From assembly GCA_934167965.1 (NCBI GenBank), contig CAKPMJ010000002.1, forward strand, positions 90,907-154,906: 64,000 nt of DNA. Reading direction: 5' to 3'. How positions within the stretch are numbered: the stretch's first letter is position 1; every line of letters starts with the position of its first letter. Below are positions 47,896 through 57,179 of the stretch, piece after piece. This stretch comes from an uncultured Clostridia bacterium (GTDB lineage Bacteria > Bacillota > Clostridia > TANB77 > CAG-508). Under the pieces are notes generated by a model. The model saw only the letters and a program-made list of their open reading frames with translations. It was not told the origin of the DNA and searched no databases. Position numbers and translations under genes: made by a program.

Positions 47896-49617
47896 ATGAC
47901 TTTTTGTGAACAATTAAACAAATATATAGAACAAATCAACTGCTCTTCTCAAGAGCTAGTAACAGCTTCAGAACTTTCATCTACCGTTATTAGCCGTTAT
48001 CGTAAAGGTGATAGAACACCAAATATAAAAAGTAAACAATTAAAACAATTAGCAGATGGATTATACAAACTTAGCAATGAAAAAAATATCAATTTATCTA
48101 AAGATGAAATATATAATTCTTTAGCTAATACTTTAAATGATATTACTATTGATTTTGAGCAACTAAGCCAAAACTTTAATGAAATTATTTCAACACTAAA
48201 TATTAGCATTGCCGACTTGTCTCGTTTTATGGGATATGACTCTTCTTTTATTTCTAAAATTCGTACTGGAAGTAGAAATCCCTCAAAACCTCAAGACTTT
48301 ATAACATCAGTTTGCAATTTTATTGTAACAAAATATAACTCTGAAAGTGATAAAAAGACAATCTCTCTTCTTATTGGCTGTAAATTAGAAGACCTAAAAA
48401 ATGACTCAGCTTATCTTGAAAAACTAACTAATTGGTTTTCTACTAATTCGTCATTATCTAAAGTTGGTAATTTTTTAAATAACTTGAATGATTTTGATCT
48501 AAATGAATATATAAAAGCAATTCACTTTGATGAAATGAAAGTTCCTTTTGTTCCATTTTATAAATCTGGAACAAAAAATTATTATGGAATTGAGGAAATG
48601 AAAAAAGGTGAAATAGACTTTTTCAAAGCTACTGTCCTTTCTAAATCAAATGAACCTATTTTTATGTGTAGTGATATGCCAATGGAAGATATGGCTAAAG
48701 ATGTTGATTTTGGCAAAAAGTGGATGTTTGCCATTGCAATGACTTTAAAGAAAGGACTGCACTTAAATATAATTCATAACCTTGACCGACCATTTAATGA
48801 AATGATGCTTGGTCTAGAAAGTTGGATTCCTATTTATATGACAGGACAAGTTTCTCCTTATTACCTAAAAGGTATACAAAATTCAGTTTATTGTCACTTA
48901 AATTACGTGTCAGGTGTTGCTGCACTTACTGGAGAATGTATAAGTGGTTATCATAATAGTGGAAAATACTTTTTAACAAGCAATAAAGCAGATGTCTCAT
49001 ACTATCAAACTAAATCTAAAAATTTACTTAATATTGCTAAACCTCTTATGGAAATCTACAGATCAGAATCAAAAAATGCTTTTATAGCATTTATGTCTGC
49101 AAATGCTAAACTTAATGGAACACGTAGAAGAATCTTATCTTCTTTGCCAATTCAAACCATTTCAGATGAATTACTATTAAAAATTTTAAAACGAAATAAC
49201 GTAAATGATAATGATATAAAAAATATAATGGATTCTATAAAAGAACAAAAACAAATCATTCAAACAATACTAAAAAATAATACAATTGAAGATGAAATAT
49301 CAGAAATTTCTAAGGAAGATTTTGATAATTGTACTCCTACTCTTTCTCTTTCAAATTGTTTTTATGAAAATAAAGTTTATTATAATTATGAAGAATATTT
49401 AGAACATTTAAATTTAACTAAAGATTTTGAAAAAAGTAATAAAAATTATAAATTATCTACCAATTATAAACATACTTTTAGGAACATACAAATTCACATA
49501 TCTGAAAATAATTGGGTTATGATTTCTAAAGACAATTGCCCTTCTATACATTTTGTAATACAACATCCTAAACTTAGAGATGCAATTGAAAACTTTATTC
49601 CACCTGTAGTTGAATAA
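47896..49617 (+). CDS. Large transcriptional regulator with two N-terminal XRE-type HTH domains. Probable true start is ATG 47896; the ORF track starts it at 47854.
   Basis: RBS GGAGG at 47886-47890. Two HTH-like segments (QELVTASELSSTVISRYRKGDRTP and IADLSRFMGYDSSFISKIRTGSRNP) followed by ~450 aa of unknown domain. Confidence 0.6.
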   Translation: MTFCEQLNKYIEQINCSSQELVTASELSSTVISRYRKGDRTPNIKSKQLKQLADGLYKLSNEKNINLSKDEIYNSLANTLNDITIDFEQLSQNFNEIISTLNISIADLSRFMGYDSSFISKIRTGSRNPSKPQDFITSVCNFIVTKYNSESDKKTISLLIGCKLEDLKNDSAYLEKLTNWFSTNSSLSKVGNFLNNLNDFDLNEYIKAIHFDEMKVPFVPFYKSGTKNYYGIEEMKKGEIDFFKATVLSKSNEPIFMCSDMPMEDMAKDVDFGKKWMFAIAMTLKKGLHLNIIHNLDRPFNEMMLGLESWIPIYMTGQVSPYYLKGIQNSVYCHLNYVSGVAALTGECISGYHNSGKYFLTSNKADVSYYQTKSKNLLNIAKPLMEIYRSESKNAFIAFMSANAKLNGTRRRILSSLPIQTISDELLLKILKRNNVNDNDIKNIMDSIKEQKQIIQTILKNNTIEDEISEISKEDFDNCTPTLSLSNCFYENKVYYNYEEYLEHLNLTKDFEKSNKNYKLSTNYKHTFRNIQIHISENNWVMISKDNCPSIHFVIQHPKLRDAIENFIPPVVE

Positions 49618-49682
49618 GAGTGTCAAATGGGACGTTCCTTAATGACAATATATTGTCATTAAGGAACGTCCCATTTGACACT
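49616..49682. repeat. Perfect 67-nt palindrome made of two inverted copies of the 29-nt motif (GAGTGTCAAATGGGACGTTCCTTAATGACAATAT|ATATTGTCATTAAGGAACGTCCCATTTGACACTC)
   Basis: Read directly from the sequence; lies between convergent genes and may also act as a bidirectional terminator. Confidence 0.8.
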
Positions 49683-49690
49683 CTCTAACA

Positions 49691-50443
49691 TTAAATTCTA
49701 GTAGCCATAAGTATCTTTAATATTTTCTCCTTTGGGGTAAACACTTTATATTTAATAAAGTATTTCTGAATTGGATTGAAAAATGTATCTAATAACAAAA
49801 TATCTTTTATCCTAAATTTCACTCCTTTTCTTTCTAAATAGTCACATGTAAATAATTTACATCCTATACATTTAGCATCACATGTATAATTTTCCTTATT
49901 TAAATACTCACACAATACTAATTTTGTTAATGGTCCTAAACATTTTATTCTAAAATGGTGACAACATCCAGTTAATGATTTGGCATTTCTTTTTTCTCCA
50001 CATTTATTATTTTGAAAATCACACAGATTTTTTCCATAAAAGTGGCTGTCTAAATAGTTGCATACTGTATCATAAATATAATTGTATCTATTGTAACACT
50101 TATCATAAAAAATTGCATTTATACCATTAATAAAGTCTTTATGAAATATGTTGTTTTCATCATAATTTAATACATAGCCTATTATTATTTTATTATCTTC
50201 TTCTACACCTATCTTCACTTTTTGATGTAAAATCTTTGTTTTTACTTTAAGTAGTTTTCTTAACAACTTTTTATATTCTTTTTCATTAAATGTTCTAAAA
50301 TTTATTCTCAGTGTAAGTACACTTTTATTTTTTATTTCATTTGTACTAAAATTTATGATATCTATACTTCTTTCTTTGTTTTTTTCTTTATTATCCATAA
50401 TCTTCAAGTAATATTCATTATCTAGTTCTATATATTTTTCCAT
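49691..50443 (-). CDS. Hypothetical protein with a Cys-rich C-terminal half (CCHH..C..C..CxxC)
   Basis: ORF; no recognisable family; possible metal-binding protein. Confidence 0.45.
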   Translation of the reverse strand: MEKYIELDNEYYLKIMDNKEKNKERSIDIINFSTNEIKNKSVLTLRINFRTFNEKEYKKLLRKLLKVKTKILHQKVKIGVEEDNKIIIGYVLNYDENNIFHKDFINGINAIFYDKCYNRYNYIYDTVCNYLDSHFYGKNLCDFQNNKCGEKRNAKSLTGCCHHFRIKCLGPLTKLVLCEYLNKENYTCDAKCIGCKLFTCDYLERKGVKFRIKDILLLDTFFNPIQKYFIKYKVFTPKEKILKILMATRI

Positions 50444-50507
50444 ATGTTACCTCCTTTTTTATTATAACTCATAATTTGATTTTATTCAAGTATTTTTTTG
50501 TTTTTTA

Positions 50508-50536
50508 TTGACATAATATTTTATATATGGTATACT
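50508..50536 (+). promoter_or_regulatory. Near-consensus sigma-A promoter: TTGACA, 17-nt spacer, TGgTATACT (extended -10)
   Basis: Read from the sequence; about 50 nt upstream of the small ORF 50587..50760. Confidence 0.55.
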
Positions 50537-50586
50537 AATAGTATGATAATTTTATTATCAAATATTTCTGAAAGGAGGGTACTATT

Positions 50587-50760
50587 ATGGCATACAAAGA
50601 TAGTCAAGACTTCCGTAATGATTATCCTGGTGGATATTCAAAAAACGGCGATGTTTACGACGGCAATGACAATCGCGTTGGTTATGTAACTGGTGATGGT
50701 GATTATCGTATAAATAACGATAAAACCAACGATGGTCAACTGTACAGTAACAGAAAATAA
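50587..50760 (+). CDS. Small Gly/Asp/Asn/Tyr-rich hydrophilic protein (57 aa), not in the ORF track
   Basis: Strong RBS AAAGGAGGG; MAYKDSQDFRNDYPGGYSKNGDVYDGNDNRVGYVTGDGDYRINNDKTNDGQLYSNRK; followed by a strong terminator. Confidence 0.6.
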   Translation: MAYKDSQDFRNDYPGGYSKNGDVYDGNDNRVGYVTGDGDYRINNDKTNDGQLYSNRK

Positions 50761-50774
50761 GTAGTACCCCAAAT

Positions 50775-50818
50775 AACAAGACTGTTCAACAAATGTTGAA
50801 CAGTCTTGTTATTTTTTT
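50775..50818 (+). terminator. Intrinsic terminator (16-bp stem AACAAGACTGTTCAAC...GTTGAACAGTCTTGTT plus T7)
   Basis: Read from the sequence. Confidence 0.8.
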
Positions 50819-50898
50819 ATTAAAAGGTGCCAAAAGGAACATCCCTCTCGACCTTTCCATCAACACAAAAACCATCTCATTAAGAGATGGTTTAAATA

Positions 50899-50975
50899 TG
50901 GTGCTCCCTCAAGGATTCGAACCTTGGACCCACCGGTTATGAGCCGGTTGCTCTGACCAACTGAGCTAAGGGAGC
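50899..50975 (-). tRNA. tRNA with anticodon CAT (Met; could be tRNA-Ile2 after lysidine modification)
   Basis: Minus-strand cloverleaf GCTCCCT/TAGCTCAGTTGGTCAGAGC/AACCGGCTCATAACCGG/TGGGTC/CAAGGTTCGAATCCTTG/AGGGAGC-A-CCA, with encoded CCA. A terminator hairpin follows at 50865-50892. Confidence 0.85.
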
Positions 50976-51132
50976 AATTATTCACGACATTTAGTAGTAT
51001 ATATTATTTTTTTTGTTTTGTCAATAGTTTTTTTGTATTTTTTTGTTTATTTTGTTTTTATTTTATTAAAATATAACAATAGTTAATATATTAGCATTAA
51101 ACTAATATATTAACTATACATAAAAAACTAAA

Positions 51133-52065
51133 TTATATGTTTTCTCCTCTACCTTCTGGTAATGCATTACTTGGAAGTTCGATTCTAATTTTAATTCTAA
51201 ATACATAAGTTGCTGCTCTAACGATTTTGCTATTTTTAATTCTTTGCCATAATGATGGTTTAGCTTCAAATGTTGTTGCTTCTTGATATGCTTGTTGTTC
51301 TTCTTTCTCTGCAACTTCTGCTGCTACTACATTTTCTTGTTTTGCTTCTTCTTGTTTGTTTTCAACTGCTTCAACAGTCTGAACAGCTTGAGCATTTTCT
51401 TGAGCCATTGCTTCTTGTTCTTCAATAGCTTCTATTTGTTCTTCTGGTGTTGGTATTAATTTTAATGCATCTGCAATTTCAATTCCTATAAAACTTAATG
51501 CCTTAGAACTATCTTCTAATCTTTCCATATCTATTTCTATATGTAAATTAGACTCTAAATTATTTATTCTTGCTTTTAATAATTTAATAGAATCTAAATA
51601 ATTTTGTGATGTTTTTGTTTTGCATCTTCCTAAAGTATTTAAAGTTTCTATTATATCCTCAGAGAATTTTTCTGTTGCTGCTTCTATATCTTCTTTCCAT
51701 CCTTCTTCTTTGTTAGATACTTTTTCCACTAATTCTTTAAGCTCTGCTGCCAATGATATATTTTCTTCTCTTTGCTTAATTAATTCTTCTATTTTTTGAG
51801 TATTTTCTTCAAATTGTGTTGTAGCAAATTCAACTAAGCCATAAGCAGCTTTATATACACTTATAGGGAAATTTTTCTTTTTTGGATATTCTATTAAATA
51901 TGTTTTTATAGATTCAATTAGATCTTTGAAATATGTATCTTCTTCTAATTGAATTATTTGTTTTTTGCTGTTTGGATTTATTAATTTTTGTACTTTTTCT
52001 ATATTTGATAAAATCTTTTCTTCCGTAATTACCATCCTTACATTTACTATGCCAGATCTAGACAT
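51133..52065 (-). CDS. Hypothetical coiled-coil protein with a Glu/Ala/Gln-rich segment
   Basis: ORF only. Confidence 0.45.
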   Translation of the reverse strand: MSRSGIVNVRMVITEEKILSNIEKVQKLINPNSKKQIIQLEEDTYFKDLIESIKTYLIEYPKKKNFPISVYKAAYGLVEFATTQFEENTQKIEELIKQREENISLAAELKELVEKVSNKEEGWKEDIEAATEKFSEDIIETLNTLGRCKTKTSQNYLDSIKLLKARINNLESNLHIEIDMERLEDSSKALSFIGIEIADALKLIPTPEEQIEAIEEQEAMAQENAQAVQTVEAVENKQEEAKQENVVAAEVAEKEEQQAYQEATTFEAKPSLWQRIKNSKIVRAATYVFRIKIRIELPSNALPEGRGENI

Positions 52066-52210
52066 TGTAAACTTCCCTCCTTTGTTTCTAATTATTACAT
52101 TATATACTTTGATTATACAACATCTTACAAAAAACTACAAGCCATTTTCCGTAAGTTTTTATTTACATTTCTGTTACATAAATATTACAAAAATATTACA
52201 AGGATTCAAG

Positions 52211-53917
52211 TTATCCTTGTAATATTTTTTCCATCTCAACTTTTCTTTTTATTTTATGAGTTGTAGTCTTTTCAAACTCTTCATCTGTTATTAATAGATT
52301 TTTTATCCATTTATATTTTGGCATTGTTCTATTAACTACTTTTACTTCTTTCCATATAAGCTCTTTAATCTCATCTTCCGTAAGGTTTCCATATTTTTCT
52401 TGTATGTAATTTTTATCATATACAACCTTTACACTTACAGTTATGTCTTTATCCTTAAAATCTTCAGCACCATAAACCATTGATTCATCAACTAATGGAG
52501 AATTATTTAACAAAGTTTCTAGCTCTTCTGGATATACATTTTTTCCATTTGATAAAACAATAACAAATTTCTTTCTTCCTGAAATAAATATGTATCCATC
52601 TTTATCAATTTTTGCATAATCTCCTGTATGAAGCCATCCATCTTCTGTAAAAGCCTCTTTATTCGCTTCATCATCTCCAAAGTAACCTAGCATTACGCTA
52701 TCACCTTTTACAAGTAATTCGCCTACTCCTGTTTTTTCATCAACTTCATCTAATTTAACTTCTACACTTGGTAGTTTCTTTCCGATAGAGCCTATTCTTC
52801 TTTGATTTGTAAGCTCTGCTGCAATTACTGGTGATGTCTCTGTCAAACCATATCCTTGTAATAAATTAAATCCTAAGTCAAAAAATCCTTTTTCTACTTC
52901 TGGGCTTAAAGCTGCTCCTCCAGCAACCATAACCTTAATCTTTCCACCTAAGTTTTGATGAATATCTTTAAATAATCTTTTACGTACATCTATACCTACT
53001 TTAGATAAAATGTTGCTCATTTTTACTGCTGTTTTTACTGTTCCATCTTTACCTTTATCTTTTATTCCTTTTAGTAACTTTCCATACATTTTTTCATATA
53101 CAACTGGTACACAAATCATTGCAGTTATTCCAAATGTTTTCAATTCATCTGCAATATGTCTTACACCTTTAGAAAATACAATACTTGCTCCAATTGATAT
53201 TGGATATAAAAATCCTACTGTACATTCAAATGTATGATGTAATGGTAAAAATGATAATAATATATCTTCATCAGTAAGTTCAAAGGATTCTTGGATATCC
53301 ATAATATTAGTACATATATTTTTATGAGATAGCATTACTGCTTTTGATTTATTTGTTGTTCCTGATGTAAATAACATTATTCCCATTTCTTCGTTATTGA
53401 TTTCTGCATCTATAAATTCCTTATTTCCGCTATCTACTAATTCTTTTCCTTTTTCTAATATCTCTTTTAGAGAATATTTATCAAATACATGTTTTTCTAA
53501 ATCCATAGAAATAAAATATTTTAATTTTGAATCTCCCTTTTTTTGGATGTTTGCCATTGCCTCATCATATTTATTTGAATAGACTATAGCTTCAACTTCT
53601 GAACGCAAAATTAAACTTTCTATTTCATTTTCTGGTAATGCCTTATCTAAAGGTACAACTACACCAACTCCTGTAGCAATAGCAAGATATGCTAATTCCC
53701 ATTCATATCTGTTTTCACCTATTACAGCTATTCTTTTACCTTTTAAGCCCATTTCTATCATTGCAGTACCTAAATAATTTATTTCTTCTCTGAATTGTTT
53801 ATGTGTAATTTCTCTTACTCCAGATTTTTCTTGTAATAAATATGCTTTTTTGTCTCCATATTTTTCACCTGTCTGTTTTAACATATCTTTTAAATCTTTA
53901 AATTCCATAGTTCTCAT
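52211..53917 (-). CDS. AMP-dependent synthetase/ligase (long-chain acyl-CoA synthetase), paralog of 28112..29860
   Basis: LFTSGTTNKSKAV; GYGLTETSP; TGDYAKIDKDGYIFISGRKKF; C-terminal KIKRKVEMEK. Confidence 0.85.
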   Translation of the reverse strand: MRTMEFKDLKDMLKQTGEKYGDKKAYLLQEKSGVREITHKQFREEINYLGTAMIEMGLKGKRIAVIGENRYEWELAYLAIATGVGVVVPLDKALPENEIESLILRSEVEAIVYSNKYDEAMANIQKKGDSKLKYFISMDLEKHVFDKYSLKEILEKGKELVDSGNKEFIDAEINNEEMGIMLFTSGTTNKSKAVMLSHKNICTNIMDIQESFELTDEDILLSFLPLHHTFECTVGFLYPISIGASIVFSKGVRHIADELKTFGITAMICVPVVYEKMYGKLLKGIKDKGKDGTVKTAVKMSNILSKVGIDVRKRLFKDIHQNLGGKIKVMVAGGAALSPEVEKGFFDLGFNLLQGYGLTETSPVIAAELTNQRRIGSIGKKLPSVEVKLDEVDEKTGVGELLVKGDSVMLGYFGDDEANKEAFTEDGWLHTGDYAKIDKDGYIFISGRKKFVIVLSNGKNVYPEELETLLNNSPLVDESMVYGAEDFKDKDITVSVKVVYDKNYIQEKYGNLTEDEIKELIWKEVKVVNRTMPKYKWIKNLLITDEEFEKTTTHKIKRKVEMEKILQG

Positions 53918-55657
53918 TTATTCTGTTCCTTTCTCATTTTCCTGTTTTAATTTTAAATATCCCAATTCATTCCAACTATTATATGCTAAGTTCAATCTAA
54001 ATACAACTTTAGGTTTAGCTCCTGCTCTATTTTTATCAACAACACATGCATAATATCTAACATCAGGGTCATCAAATTTTTCTAAGTCATAAAATTTTGT
54101 ATCTACTTCTTTTAATGAATATTCATATTGGTCTAATGTGCTTCTTGGTATTTGTTTTATTAAACATAATGTATCTAATACCTCTTTTACTGTTCTACTA
54201 GCAGATAAATCATTTACATCTAAGTTTATAGGCAATGTTGCACTTTCTGTTAATTGAAGTGTTGACCCTATAAATATATTAAAGTCTTGCGCTAAATTTG
54301 ACAATATTGTTGCTGTTTTCTTTACCTCTTCTCCATTTCCAATATGTGCAGTATCTGTTTTTAATGTATCATAAAACATATATTGTATTTGTTCTTTATA
54401 ATAATAATTTTTTATTACTTTGCTTAATTCATCATTTGTATGATCTGTAATGTTTATAAAATATATTGCATTGTTTACTTGAGTATTTAACCAATCTGTA
54501 GCTTTCAATGTTTTATTAAAGTCTGATGAATATTTTTTTAATTTTTCTATAAACTCTGTTTGTGTTTCTTTTTTATTTCTTGCTATATAACCATTTTCGT
54601 CTATTTCTACATCATCTTTATTATCTGGTCTAAATTTTAATTCTAGTAATTCACCTTCGCTAATCTTTATTTTTTGTCCATGTATTTTTTGAATCTCTGG
54701 ATTATTTATAATTGTTGTAATCAAACATAGCTTCATTTTTTCTTCTGACATTTCATTTGAAATTACTAACACTTTCTTTTTATGTACAAAAGCAAGATAT
54801 GCGGCTAAATTTATTGTAAATCTACTTTTACCAGAGTTTGATGGCATTGCAAAAGCTGTTGTTTCTCCTCTTCTTATACCTTTAAACACACTTGATAATA
54901 TATTAAATGGTAAATTAAGACCTTTGGCTAAGTTATTTTCTCCTGCTGTCAAAAATTCTGTTATTCCTTCATTTAATACAGCTTGTTTAAATTTAGCTGT
55001 TACCTGTGCCTGATTCACTGCGCTTTCAACTTCCTCAATTGACATTTGGTCATATAATTCATAATTTACTATATCTACAATTTTATTTTGAATTGATTTT
55101 ATTGGTATTTCTAAATAACTTTTTCTTAATATAAATAATTTCTTTAGTTCAACATAAACTTTTTCAAAATCTATTCTTTCATTTTCGACTTTGTTTTTTA
55201 AATCTAATTTTAGTTGATATGACTCTTTTGTATCTTTTGCAAAATTATAATTTCTTTTTGCTTTTTCAGAGGCGTATTTATCACCTTCTGTAAATAAAAC
55301 ACTTTTATATAAATTTAATATCTCTTGATTTGCAAAATAATTTTCTTCAAATACAAAATAGTACATACTTATAGATTTAGGGTCATTCAACAAAAGTCCC
55401 ATATATTGCTCTTCAAGTTCTTCATTCATCAACGCATTTGGGTATATTTGCCCTTCTTCTGTTAAATAATCATCTTCTATTTTTTCCTCTTCTTCATCTG
55501 TTTTGTTTTCTTGTAATTTTTTTAATTCATATACTGCTTGCTCAACTTCATCGTTGTCTAACATTTCTTTTATCTCTTCTAATTTTTCTCTATTTCCCTT
55601 TGTTACAGGAATTGCTTTTAATAATTGATACATTTTTTCTTTTATTTCAGGATTCAT
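53918..55657 (-). CDS. Divergent DnaB-family helicase-like protein (N-terminal DnaB_N-like plus RecA-like C-terminal domain)
   Basis: YMGLLLNDPKSISMYYFVFEENYFAN (DnaB N-terminal pattern). Walker A-like GETTAFAMPSNSGKSRFTINLAAYLA. C-terminal VVDKNRAGAKPKVVFRL (DnaB KqRnGptG-like). Stop TAA abuts the ATG of the downstream ligase gene. Confidence 0.55.
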   Translation of the reverse strand: MNPEIKEKMYQLLKAIPVTKGNREKLEEIKEMLDNDEVEQAVYELKKLQENKTDEEEEKIEDDYLTEEGQIYPNALMNEELEEQYMGLLLNDPKSISMYYFVFEENYFANQEILNLYKSVLFTEGDKYASEKAKRNYNFAKDTKESYQLKLDLKNKVENERIDFEKVYVELKKLFILRKSYLEIPIKSIQNKIVDIVNYELYDQMSIEEVESAVNQAQVTAKFKQAVLNEGITEFLTAGENNLAKGLNLPFNILSSVFKGIRRGETTAFAMPSNSGKSRFTINLAAYLAFVHKKKVLVISNEMSEEKMKLCLITTIINNPEIQKIHGQKIKISEGELLELKFRPDNKDDVEIDENGYIARNKKETQTEFIEKLKKYSSDFNKTLKATDWLNTQVNNAIYFINITDHTNDELSKVIKNYYYKEQIQYMFYDTLKTDTAHIGNGEEVKKTATILSNLAQDFNIFIGSTLQLTESATLPINLDVNDLSASRTVKEVLDTLCLIKQIPRSTLDQYEYSLKEVDTKFYDLEKFDDPDVRYYACVVDKNRAGAKPKVVFRLNLAYNSWNELGYLKLKQENEKGTE

Positions 55658-55910
55658 ATTTTTTTTCCTCCTAGTATTTGTTCTTGCTTATTATATCATT
55701 TAGTTTTTTGTATTTCAAGTATTTTGTTAATAAATACTCCTGTATATATTTTTTTCATACTAATCTTGGTAAGCCTTTATTAACAAAAAAATTAGCCAAA
55801 ATCCTTAAATTTACTTTAAGAATTATTTGACTAATTTTTCCTTCTTTTATTAATTTTCTATATTTTCATAACAATAGCCTTTTCTAGGTTATCGCTTTTA
55901 GAGTTCAGAC

Positions 55911-57149
55911 CTACTTTATATAAAGTGTGAGGCGAGTAGAATAGTCGCTGCTAGTAAGGTACGGATGGTTGTTGGGGCGATTGCTAGGTGAAAAGCTAAG
56001 GCTGAAATAACCACCTCTGAGAGCACGACGGCTAGTGTAGTTCGCCTCTAATGTCCATTCATAACTATTTCCTAGTAAATCATATATATTGTTTAATTTA
56101 TCTGTTGAGACTGTTCCTGTTTTTCGTGTTGTATTTCTACTTGTTGTTACTCCTTCTAAATTTGTTGGAGTTTTTGATGTTACGTCTATTCCATTTTCTT
56201 GCATCCATATCATCATTTGATCATATTGACTTCCCCATATCATACTACTTCCTACTACATTTTTTATTTTATCTTGCCCACTATATTCTTTATCTTTTTG
56301 ATATAATCCATACCATGTATTTGCACTACTTGTTTCTGCTGTTGCCGATGCTACGCCAGATATTGATTGAGCATTTTTTGTTTCTGTGTTTAAACTTGTT
56401 TCATATCTTCCTACATAGAATCCTTTATTTTTTTCTACATATTTTATCATTTCATCAAATTCGTTTTGTAATTGTGTTTTCCATTTCGTTAGTATCTCTT
56501 CATCTGTTCCATTTAAACCTACTATACTTTTCAATAAAGCTATTCCTTTTGCATCATCCCCTGTTATTGCATCTCCATATGCTGTACTTGATAAATAGTC
56601 TGGCTCTCTGTAGTCTGTTGCACCTGTCCATTTCATAACTCCTGATGTCTCTGTCCAACTATTCGCTCTATATCCACTTGAAGTAAAGTTATAAAGTTTT
56701 CCTAGTTTCTTTTCTTCTGCATTTGTTCCATACATTTTACTTACATCTTTTACTGGCACCCATACAAATTCACTATTATCTGGTGCTACTACTACTATTC
56801 CTTTTTTTACTTCTGTCGGTGAATCTTCTTTTATTTTAAATCCTACTGGCACTACTATAGTTTCTCCATTGTCATCTTGTAATTTTACTTTTCTTCCTTC
56901 TATAACTTTATTTTTATTGTCTTTTACCTTTCCTAAGTTTCCTGTACTTTCTTCCATTAAAATTTCTAAATCTGTTAAGTCTTCTGTTTCATTTGTTTGT
57001 GCTTCTTCTGTTTTCATTTTAGCATCTGCAGCCTTCTTTAATATTCCATTTTCTCCTGATAGCATTGCTATTGCGACTCCTGCTAATATCAATAACACTA
57101 TTATTGTTATTACTAGTGCTATTAATGTTATTCCATTGTTTTTCTTCAT
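55911..57149 (-). CDS. DGR target protein 2 (paralog of 26339..27589) with a distinct C-terminal variable region
   Basis: Same pilin-like N-terminus (NGITLIALVITIIVLLILAGVAIAMLSGENGIL) and FGE/CLec domain. The C-terminal ~45 aa differ (…EANYTSRRALRGGYFSLSFSPSNRPNNHPYLTSSDYSTRLTLYIK). Confidence 0.8.
   Translation of the reverse strand: MKKNNGITLIALVITIIVLLILAGVAIAMLSGENGILKKAADAKMKTEEAQTNETEDLTDLEILMEESTGNLGKVKDNKNKVIEGRKVKLQDDNGETIVVPVGFKIKEDSPTEVKKGIVVVAPDNSEFVWVPVKDVSKMYGTNAEEKKLGKLYNFTSSGYRANSWTETSGVMKWTGATDYREPDYLSSTAYGDAITGDDAKGIALLKSIVGLNGTDEEILTKWKTQLQNEFDEMIKYVEKNKGFYVGRYETSLNTETKNAQSISGVASATAETSSANTWYGLYQKDKEYSGQDKIKNVVGSSMIWGSQYDQMMIWMQENGIDVTSKTPTNLEGVTTSRNTTRKTGTVSTDKLNNIYDLLGNSYEWTLEANYTSRRALRGGYFSLSFSPSNRPNNHPYLTSSDYSTRLTLYIK
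55946..56080 (-). other. DGR variable region VR2
   Basis: See VR1; mismatches are confined to this block. Confidence 0.75.
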
Positions 57150-57179
57150 ATTATTTCTTCCTTTCTTTATTTTTTATTA

